Of a stretch of 16,130 bases of DNA, positions 7,844 to 14,826 are shown one piece after another. The stretch spans positions 1-16,130 of the forward strand of contig JBFWVI010000058.1 of NCBI GenBank assembly GCA_050246815.1. The letters are read 5' to 3'. The position numbers were made by a program, and so were the translations under genes. Numbering within the stretch: the first letter of the stretch is position 1; every line of letters starts with the position of its first letter. The notes beneath the pieces are model-generated. The model was not told where the DNA came from. It did not search any database and worked only from the letters and a program-made list of their open reading frames with translations. Source of the stretch: Bdellovibrionales bacterium. GTDB lineage: Bacteria; Bdellovibrionota; Bdellovibrionia; Bdellovibrionales; UBA1609.

Positions 7844-8696
7844 AAGCCAGCAATGTCTTTTCACACCACTTTTGATCTTCCGGGCTCAAAGCAGCAAAGT
7901 GCTTTTTCATTTCCGCAACAGCTATGTCCTGTTCGGGCTTTCGCTGTCGAGCCTTTTCGACCAAGGCTTGCGCCTCATAGGCAAAAAATAACTCAAGCGC
8001 CGGAGCCTGATTTTGTTCGGCGATCTGTAGGCAGTTTTGCGCCGACTGATAGGCCTTGTCCAAATCCTTGGCCTGCAGATAGGTGTTGGCCAAACGATAC
8101 TCTGCCCGACTGACCTCTAGCCAAGTGCCGGCGATTTGCCAATAAATCCGACTGGTGCGAGCCGCTAAAATCATCAGTTCAATCTCCTGGGGATTCTTGT
8201 CGATTTTTTCCTCTAAAGTACAAGCCAAGTTATGGCCTGTGGCCGCCAAAGAACGATGAGCTGGATCGTCACTGGGCAGACCGGATTCGGCCAAGCCGAG
8301 GGCCGTTTGTAAAAGCTCGTTGGCCCGCGTAATTTGCTGATGGCCACATAGCGCCGAGGCCGCCACGGCGCAAGCCCGGATTTGATCCGAACGGGATAAC
8401 GACGTCAACGATGCCTCTTGTCCTTTGGCCAACCGTAGACTGGCAACTGAGCGCGAAATTGCCGCCAATCCCTCTTCTTGCACCGCGGGCAGATGCTCAA
8501 GGCGCATCAACCAATCTACTCCCGTCTGCCATTCACCCAAATGTTCACCCATCACATGGGTTATCAAATGGGCCATCGAAGCCACTTGCTCATCGCTACC
8601 AATAAGTCCTAGTCCTTCCGCAAAACGATCACGCACAATTTTAGGATTTTCGGCATGATCGTTCCAAGCTTGGTTTAAAAAATGATCAAAGGTCAT
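7830..8696 (-). CDS. Alpha-helical TPR-like hypothetical protein
   Basis: 288-aa Ala/Leu-rich helical ORF with TPR-like segments (RAEYRLANTYLQAKDLDKAYQSAQNCLQIA). AGGAG RBS at 8706-8710. Overlaps the yihG 3' end convergently by 14 bp. Confidence 0.8.
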   Translation of the reverse strand: MTFDHFLNQAWNDHAENPKIVRDRFAEGLGLIGSDEQVASMAHLITHVMGEHLGEWQTGVDWLMRLEHLPAVQEEGLAAISRSVASLRLAKGQEASLTSLSRSDQIRACAVAASALCGHQQITRANELLQTALGLAESGLPSDDPAHRSLAATGHNLACTLEEKIDKNPQEIELMILAARTSRIYWQIAGTWLEVSRAEYRLANTYLQAKDLDKAYQSAQNCLQIAEQNQAPALELFFAYEAQALVEKARQRKPEQDIAVAEMKKHFAALSPEDQKWCEKTLLAFSPA

Positions 8697-8871
8697 AACG
8701 ATTGACTCCTTGGCTAGCCACGATGCTGCGACAAAACTTGAACTTAGGCAGACGTTTGTCGTTTGGCAAACCAGTGGGATAGGGATTGAACAAAATTCCT
8801 CTCATTCTGAGACGCCAAGCCCTCAGCTGCAAATAAAACTGTCTCACGAATGTACAGTTGACCAGAACTTC

Positions 8872-8900
8872 TTCACTCTTATTTCATTTCTGCCTAGAAT
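8872..8900 (+). promoter_or_regulatory. Putative sigma70 promoter of the Ig/PA14 gene
   Basis: TTCACT (8872-8877)-N17-TAGAAT (8895-8900), about 50 nt upstream of ATG 8954. Confidence 0.5.
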
Positions 8901-8953
8901 GAAAAGCACAGGGACGTAAAGCTGCTGTTAAACGCAAAACTTTGGGGTTCACC

Positions 8954-11656
8954 ATGAGGGCTCGTCTCTATGTCTTGGGTGTCTCGGTTGTCGTGGCTGC
9001 GGGCTTCCTGGGCTTTAACAACTGTAGTGAAGTCAGTTTCTCTCCGACTCCCGAATATTTGGCCCTTCAACGCGCTGATTTTGAAAAATCGGCCTCGATT
9101 GAAATTGAAAATAATGCGGAGTTCACCAATCAATCTTTGGTTCAGCTGAAATTGTCTTCGGCCCGTGCCTTAGAAATGAAAATCTCGAACCAAGCCGATT
9201 GTTCGGATGGGGTTTGGGAACCCTTTTCATCATCGAAAGCGTGGAATTTAAGCAATTCAAATCAAAAAGTGAGTGTCTACGTTCAATACAAAAGCATTGT
9301 GGCAGAAGTCTCGAGTTGTGTCAGCGACGACATCATACAAGATAACGTCCCCCCACAGGCCGTCTTTCAAAACGCCGCAGGCCTTGTGACTAAGGATGCC
9401 TCCGTCAATATTTCATGGATCGCCAGCGACAATCTATCGGGCGTGGACTCCGCCTCGTGTGTGGGTGCCAATGACCAACCTGCTGCCTGCACCTCCACGC
9501 TCAACGCCAGTGCCGCCCTAGAGGGGCAAAACAATATTTCAGTGCGATTAAAGGACAAGGCCGGTAACGAATCCGCACCCCTGTTCTACAGTTGGCTCTA
9601 TGACAAAACTACACCGACCGCGACCATCAATAGCAAACCAGCGGCCTTGACCAGCAGCACCAGCGCCGATCTTGAGTTTTCTGGTCAAGACAGCGGCAGC
9701 GGTATCGCTCAATTTTTATGCCGGATGGGTAATGCCGACTTTCAAGAGTGCAGCTCGGTTAAAAAATATGCGGGCCTAAGCGCCGGTCCTCAAAAATTTG
9801 AAGTCTATGCGGTTGACCGCGCTGGCAATAGGTCGACAGAAGCCGTGGCGACCTGGACAATTGACTTGACGGCGCCCACTTTGAAATTCACTGAAACGCC
9901 GTTAAGCACCAGCAAAGTGGCGCTGAGCAAATTCGCCTTTGAAGGCATCGACGATGGACAGGCCATCAGTCGCTTTGAGTGTCGTTTGGACGATGTCAAC
10001 TTCACGGCCTGCACCTCGCCGCAGAACTTCACCGCAAGCGAAGGTCTCCACACTTATGAAGTGCGCGGCTATGATAGTGCGGGCAATGTTTCTGAGCCCA
10101 TCCAATTTAAATGGCTAGTGGATTCTGTGAAGCCTTCGATAAGTCTAACCGCAACCCCCGCCAAGTTAACCAACCTAGTGGCTGCCAACTTCTCTTGGAA
10201 CGCCAATGACTCAGGATCAGGCATAAAAACCGTTGAGTGCCGATTGAACAGCGCCGCCTTTGCCCCTTGTGGATTAAACGGCCAAAACCTTGGCGATGTC
10301 AGCGAGGGTGCACAATCAATGGATGCCAAAGCCATCGACAATGCAGGCAATGAAAGTATGACCTCTTACGCATGGACCGTAGATCGCACTTTACCCACCG
10401 TCACCATCACTTCGGGGCCAGCTCCATACGTAAGTGCGACCTCGGCCCAGTTTACTTTTAGCGGCCAAGATGCCAATGGTATCCAGGGCTATCGCTGTCG
10501 GTTGGATGCAGGCTCTTTTGAATCTTGTGCTTCCCCATATGATTTAAATAGTCTTGCCCCGACGGGGCATGTGTTGTTCGTGCAATCCGTGGATCGAGCA
10601 GGCAATGTCTCGCTGCCGGCTTCATACAGCTGGAACGTGGACAAGGCACCTCCGATTATTCAAATACTAGGAGCCCCGTCGCTGATCAAGCGCGGTGATC
10701 CGGCCTTGATCTCGTATGAAGTCACAGATCTTGCAAGCGGAGTTGAATCGGTTCGCTGCGGTTTGACTTCTGCAGGCTTAAGCATGGCGGATTGCCCCGC
10801 CAAAGCCATAGCAGATTTGGGCAAAAATCTGCCCGCCGGCAAATACACTTACGAAATCCTGGCCACTGATCGTGTCGGCAATTCGATCACGGAAAAAGTG
10901 TCATTTGAAGTGACCGCTTCAACCATCATCTGCGATCCCTTCGTGGTTGGCGGTGAGATGGCTTGTAACGGAGGTTTGGTTGGTGACATCTATTATTTGG
11001 ATGCTACCAAGCAGGCTAAGTTCAAAGAGCTCAAACCTAAGACGGTGGACTACTTCTACAGCAATGGCATTCGTGTCGATGCCGTTCTGGCTTTAAAACA
11101 ACTCTTTGTTTCGACCCGCAAATTCAACACTGGTTTCCCGAGCTCGGACGGTCAATTAATCAAGGACAATGCGGGCAATAATCTGTTTGAGTATTTCGCT
11201 TTCAGGCTGGAAACCGTACTGAAGCTCGATCCCACCACAGATTTACCAGGCTGGTACCAATTCGCCACCTTGGCCGATGACGGCACCGCCATCTTGACCA
11301 AAAGCAGTGCATCCGCAACCACTTATGACACCACGATCTTAAAAGATGATGGCGACCATTCCACACGCATGGGTTGCTCGACCAAAGCGGTGTTTATCGA
11401 CGACACCTCACGTATCCCCCTATTGATCAAGTATTATCAGGGGCCACGTGAGCAGATCGCCATGACCATCATGTGGAAGCGCGTGCAAGCGATGAATTCA
11501 CCCATCGACGTCTACTGCGGTGAAGAGGGCAACGAAAAATTCTTCGGCCCTGAACCTTACCAAAATTTCACCGACTCTCTTTTCGGCCAGTTGACCTCGA
11601 CTGCGGGTGGTTGGCGTGTGATCGGGGCTAAAAACTTTATCGCTCCACCACGCTAG
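8954..11656 (+). CDS. Large lipoprotein adhesin: Ig-like repeat stalk plus C-terminal PA14 domain
   Basis: Signal MRARLYVLGVSVVVAAGFLGFNN-C. Repeats with DxTxPT...DxxSGI...CxxxxxxxxxC...DxAGN...W. PA14 motifs EYFAFR, GWYQFATLADDG, DDGDHS and YYQGPR. An alternative TTG start lies at 8942. Confidence 0.9.
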   Translation: MRARLYVLGVSVVVAAGFLGFNNCSEVSFSPTPEYLALQRADFEKSASIEIENNAEFTNQSLVQLKLSSARALEMKISNQADCSDGVWEPFSSSKAWNLSNSNQKVSVYVQYKSIVAEVSSCVSDDIIQDNVPPQAVFQNAAGLVTKDASVNISWIASDNLSGVDSASCVGANDQPAACTSTLNASAALEGQNNISVRLKDKAGNESAPLFYSWLYDKTTPTATINSKPAALTSSTSADLEFSGQDSGSGIAQFLCRMGNADFQECSSVKKYAGLSAGPQKFEVYAVDRAGNRSTEAVATWTIDLTAPTLKFTETPLSTSKVALSKFAFEGIDDGQAISRFECRLDDVNFTACTSPQNFTASEGLHTYEVRGYDSAGNVSEPIQFKWLVDSVKPSISLTATPAKLTNLVAANFSWNANDSGSGIKTVECRLNSAAFAPCGLNGQNLGDVSEGAQSMDAKAIDNAGNESMTSYAWTVDRTLPTVTITSGPAPYVSATSAQFTFSGQDANGIQGYRCRLDAGSFESCASPYDLNSLAPTGHVLFVQSVDRAGNVSLPASYSWNVDKAPPIIQILGAPSLIKRGDPALISYEVTDLASGVESVRCGLTSAGLSMADCPAKAIADLGKNLPAGKYTYEILATDRVGNSITEKVSFEVTASTIICDPFVVGGEMACNGGLVGDIYYLDATKQAKFKELKPKTVDYFYSNGIRVDAVLALKQLFVSTRKFNTGFPSSDGQLIKDNAGNNLFEYFAFRLETVLKLDPTTDLPGWYQFATLADDGTAILTKSSASATTYDTTILKDDGDHSTRMGCSTKAVFIDDTSRIPLLIKYYQGPREQIAMTIMWKRVQAMNSPIDVYCGEEGNEKFFGPEPYQNFTDSLFGQLTSTAGGWRVIGAKNFIAPPR
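9341..10915 (+). repeat. Six tandem Ig-like (Big-type) protein repeats of 86-87 aa
   Basis: Repeat-start Asp codons at 9341, 9602, 9863, 10121, 10382 and 10640 (spacings 261, 261, 258, 261, 258 bp). Each unit has a Cys pair and a D-x-x-GN motif. The units are diverged at the DNA level. Confidence 0.85.
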
Positions 11657-11671
11657 ATCATAAAGCCCCGC

Positions 11672-12502
11672 TCAAGGATTTTCGGCTGGGGTGGGTTTAC
11701 CGAATCTTTGAATGAATTTATCCAAAAACGCCACCACGCGCCTTTTGTGCGGCTCGAGCGGTAGCTTCTGATTCTCGACATAGCGCAACCCCAAACTGAG
11801 GTGATAAAACCCTGCGCGCATTTCGGCCTCGGATGGGCTATGTGATGAATCCGCTGAAATCTTTTGATCCAACTCAGTTAACAATAAAAAAAACTTATCG
11901 CTTTTAGCATTAAGAATTTCTTCTTCACTCTTGATTTGCAAGACTCGCAAAATCGTATCCAGCTGCTCGTCATAGCCCCACCCGGTTACAGCATTCAGAG
12001 CGGCTTTCTCTAGGCTATAGGCAAAAAATTCGTCTTCCATAGGTGTGATTTGCACGTTGTTGAGCTTGGCGGCCACATGAGACATCTCGTGCAACAAAAA
12101 AACCGCGGCAAATCTCTTCGAGACTTTGTCCGGGCGTATCAAAATCATCGGTCGGCCGCTGATCATGCTGGTGGACAGCGTGGGAAACCATTTTTCTAGA
12201 CGCGGATGTCGGGGGTGATAAACTGCCAAAAATGCAATCGGCTTACCGCTGGTCAACGCCATGATGGTCGAACTGGGTTGAATCACGGCCCAAGCCGTTT
12301 TGTTCCAAATTTCTTGATACGACTTGAACATTTTTTCTAATTTTTTATCGTATGTGTTCCAAAAATAGCTCATGGAGTCTTTATACATCGCCATGACTTC
12401 TTCGGGAGCCAAGTTGGACGCGGCCTGCTTTTTTGCAGGCGTTGTGCATGAGCAAAACAGAACCATCAAAAACAAGAATATAGTTTTACCATAATTCATC
12501 AT
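11672..12502 (-). CDS. Lipoprotein with an HExxH motif, putative zinc metallopeptidase
   Basis: Lipobox-like FLMVLFCS-C. LLHEMSH (HEMSH codons at 12077-12091) followed by EDEFFAY as a candidate third-ligand helix. Confidence 0.75.
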   Translation of the reverse strand: MMNYGKTIFLFLMVLFCSCTTPAKKQAASNLAPEEVMAMYKDSMSYFWNTYDKKLEKMFKSYQEIWNKTAWAVIQPSSTIMALTSGKPIAFLAVYHPRHPRLEKWFPTLSTSMISGRPMILIRPDKVSKRFAAVFLLHEMSHVAAKLNNVQITPMEDEFFAYSLEKAALNAVTGWGYDEQLDTILRVLQIKSEEEILNAKSDKFFLLLTELDQKISADSSHSPSEAEMRAGFYHLSLGLRYVENQKLPLEPHKRRVVAFLDKFIQRFGKPTPAENP

Positions 12503-12508
12503 GGCCGC

Positions 12509-12517
12509 ATTGTATCA
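12509..12517 (-). promoter_or_regulatory. Putative extended -10 promoter (leaderless transcript)
   Basis: Minus strand TG-A-TACAAT, then 6 nt to ATG 12502, with no SD. It lies inside the inverted repeat GCATTG-TAT-CAATGC (12507-12521). Confidence 0.45.
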
Positions 12518-12555
12518 ATGCACCGAAGGTCGAGCTACAAAATTTCTGCAGTTAC

Positions 12556-12597
12556 AAAAAAGTGCCGTGGCCCCCTAAGGGTCCACGGCTTCTTTTT
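12556..12597 (-). terminator. Rho-independent terminator after the secreted-protein gene
   Basis: Stem GCCGTGG (12564-12570) / CCACGGC (12583-12589) plus inner CCC/GGG pairs. Followed on the minus strand by ACTTTTTT; a T-rich tract on the plus side makes it potentially bidirectional. Confidence 0.75.
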
Positions 12598-12598
12598 C

Positions 12599-13150
12599 TT
12601 AAGGCGCTTGGACACGCAGGTAGCGAACATTGACATTACGACGGTAATTGCGATCGGCTGAATCGTACTCAATCCCAATCAGCGTGGCTTCCGTCAAGGT
12701 GTAGGTCATATCGGCCTCTAAATAACGAGTGGTGCCCAGAGTTTTAAGCGTCATATCATGAACTGTGGGCAATCCGTTGCTATCGAAGGTCACATTTAAC
12801 TTCTTATTCTCTTCAAATTTCAGGTCGATATTGATCCTTCCGTCGAAAGTTTGATCCAAGAAAGCACTGTATGTGCCACGTCGGCCCAGCATAAAATAAC
12901 CTGTGCTGCCAACCGCTCTTTCTGAAGATAGAAAAACATCGTAAAAAGAAGAAACTGACTCATTGGTATTTTTGTCCTTAAGTAAAACCAGAGTCCGGCA
13001 GGTTAGCGTCCCAGTAAAACAATAGTGGTATGACTGACGAATGGCAGTGCCGTTTCGCAAAGCTTCCGCTTTGGCTGTTTCTCTACGAAACGAATCGGCG
13101 TACCCCACCTGGGCAATCAGTAATGCCATAACAAACATGATCTTGTTCAT
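12599..13150 (-). CDS. Secreted beta-strand-rich hypothetical protein
   Basis: ATG at 13150 preceded by an AAAGGGGGGA RBS. Signal peptide MNKIMFVMALLIAQVGYA-D. One Cys pair (CFTGTLTC). Terminator directly after the stop. Confidence 0.82.
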   Translation of the reverse strand: MNKIMFVMALLIAQVGYADSFRRETAKAEALRNGTAIRQSYHYCFTGTLTCRTLVLLKDKNTNESVSSFYDVFLSSERAVGSTGYFMLGRRGTYSAFLDQTFDGRINIDLKFEENKKLNVTFDSNGLPTVHDMTLKTLGTTRYLEADMTYTLTEATLIGIEYDSADRNYRRNVNVRYLRVQAP

Positions 13151-13230
13151 AAATCCCCCCTTTGTAAAAATTGTTGTAGCCACCGGCTTCTGCGAATGTC
13201 ATTGGTTTTGAAGATGCACTTTTAAGAAAG

Positions 13231-13251
13231 TGTTCCACGGTGCTTGGAACA
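13231..13251. promoter_or_regulatory. Perfect inverted repeat TGTTCCA-N7-TGGAACA, candidate operator
   Basis: Seen directly in the 126-bp divergent intergenic region, 25 bp upstream of the HTH gene start. Confidence 0.55.
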
Positions 13252-13276
13252 TTAAATGTAAAACTTTGGATTAATC

Positions 13277-14059
13277 ATGAAATTAAGAGCAGACCAAATT
13301 CTTAAGGATCTTTTAGAAGACAAATATCTTGAGTTGAAGCGGCGAAACTCGCGCTACTCCCTGCGCGCTTTCGCAAAAAAGATCAATGTGTCGCCGGCCG
13401 CACTCTCTGAAATTATGAGTCTTAAGCGACGTGTGTCGATACGAAAAGCTTTCGACCTTTTGACACCTTTGAATATTGCTCCTGAAGCCCTAGAAAATTT
13501 GGCAAAACAATATGACCCCAACCTGAGTCTGGACGCCTTGGCCAAGCTTCGTAACGAAGCCGTTGAAATCATTCTGAACAAAAATCATCACTTGGTCGCG
13601 GATTGGCGATACCCCGCCGTATTTAGTCTGATCAGAATGGAGAATTTTAATCCGCAGCCGTCACGTTTGGCTCGAAAGTTAGGACTTAAGGTCACGGAAG
13701 TGACCAAAATCTTAAGTGAACTTTTTGACCTGGATTTAATATTCAAAGATCAAAACGGCCGAACACAAGCGCGCCGTGTGGTTTTTCGAAATGATGAACA
13801 AACCCCGCCCGAAGTCGGATCCGCCGCGAAAATCAATGCTCTCAAAGGGGGGATTCGCGCCATTCAGAAAAAAGCCCACGGGGAATACGCCTTCACTTCT
13901 GTTGGAGCCTATGATCCTGATAAATTAAAAGATGCGTTGATGATCATCGAGGATTTTGTGAAAAAATTGAGCATTTATATGAGCAGCGGAAAAACGACGG
14001 ATATTTTTCAACTGGTTGTTCAAGTTTATCCACGAAGCAAGATCGACAAAAAAAGTTAG
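13277..14059 (+). CDS. TIGR02147-family / DUF4423-domain HTH protein (putative transcriptional regulator)
   Basis: N-terminal KRRNSRYSLRAFAKKINVSPAALSEIMSLKR (XRE-like HTH), central DWRYPAVFSL...LARKLGL...EVTKILSELFDLDLI (winged helix), C-terminal DPDKL...IEDFVKKL...IFQLVVQVYP. This matches the family architecture. Confidence 0.88.
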   Translation: MKLRADQILKDLLEDKYLELKRRNSRYSLRAFAKKINVSPAALSEIMSLKRRVSIRKAFDLLTPLNIAPEALENLAKQYDPNLSLDALAKLRNEAVEIILNKNHHLVADWRYPAVFSLIRMENFNPQPSRLARKLGLKVTEVTKILSELFDLDLIFKDQNGRTQARRVVFRNDEQTPPEVGSAAKINALKGGIRAIQKKAHGEYAFTSVGAYDPDKLKDALMIIEDFVKKLSIYMSSGKTTDIFQLVVQVYPRSKIDKKS

Positions 14060-14068
14060 ACTCTGGCC

Positions 14069-14743
14069 TTACTCCAAGAACGAGCGATCGATATTTTTAT
14101 CGATTTCAATTTGACGAAAACTGTTGGCGGACTCTTCCAACTCAAAAAGTTGCCCCTGCTCCAGGTCGAAATAGATTCCAAATAGACTCAGTCGCCCCTC
14201 TTGGACGGCCTGGGCGACAAAGGGAAAGGTCTTCAAGTTCTCAAGCGAAGTGATAATACCTTCCATCTCGCACTCTTTGCATTTTCCATCCAAATCCAGG
14301 TGTGGACTGCGTGCTTCAACACGATTCAAGGCGCTGCGGGCAATTTCCATCCAGCGGCCGACGAAGCTGCCTTCGGTCCCCTGCTGTCCCGACACCAGCG
14401 CACGAATCCCACCACATTGGCGATGCCCCAGCACCACAATATTTTCCACTTTTAGATTCACCACCGAAAACTCGATCGCGGCACTGATCCCGTGATAACC
14501 GGTGTTTGCGGACTCATAGGGCGGGACCAGGTTGGCGACGTTGCGAACAACAAAAATTTCCCCCGGCGAGGCCGAAGAAATCAACGCCGGATCCACACGC
14601 GAATCACTGCAGCCGATGATCAGCGTTTTGGGGTTTTGTCCCGCCGTGGAAAGGCGATGATAAAGTGCGCCTTCGCCCAAAAAATAACGACTGCGAAAGC
14701 GGCGAAAACCAGCCACTAGTTTGAGAATTTCCTTGTTCCTCAT
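14069..14743 (-). CDS. cynT: Beta-class carbonic anhydrase (clade B / CynT-like)
   Basis: Zinc-ligand motifs GCSDSRV and GHRQCGG, plus PGEIFVVRNVANLVPP, SAAIEFSV and SLENLKTFPFV. No cynS neighbour, so the symbol denotes the family only. Confidence 0.95.
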   Translation of the reverse strand: MRNKEILKLVAGFRRFRSRYFLGEGALYHRLSTAGQNPKTLIIGCSDSRVDPALISSASPGEIFVVRNVANLVPPYESANTGYHGISAAIEFSVVNLKVENIVVLGHRQCGGIRALVSGQQGTEGSFVGRWMEIARSALNRVEARSPHLDLDGKCKECEMEGIITSLENLKTFPFVAQAVQEGRLSLFGIYFDLEQGQLFELEESANSFRQIEIDKNIDRSFLE

Positions 14744-14826
14744 AGACTTGCTGTTATCACACTTTCACGAGGTCCCATCAACTTGAATGGTGGAGTTCTT
14801 TTTAAGAAAAGAATACACCTATGATT

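Noticed and set aside
8890..8950. GGGACGTAAAGC in the adhesin 5' region resembles part of a c-di-GMP-I (GEMM) riboswitch
   Set aside because: The required upstream GGCAAAC-stem-GAAA-stem is not adjacent, and the downstream P3/P1 pairing is not evident.
9341..10915. About 260-bp periodicity considered as a DNA repeat array or diversity-generating cassette
   Set aside because: Similarity is at the protein-motif level only. There are no near-identical nucleotide repeats and no reverse transcriptase or recombinase nearby.
11672..14059. ImmA/ImmR- or CapP/CapH-like protease-repressor switch
   Set aside because: The HExxH protein has a lipoprotein signal, is separated from the HTH gene by another gene and a terminator, and no prophage, ICE or defence genes are present.
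14069..14743. Possible cyanate (cynTSX) operon
   Set aside because: No cyanase or CynR-type LysR gene is adjacent; this is a stand-alone beta-carbonic anhydrase.
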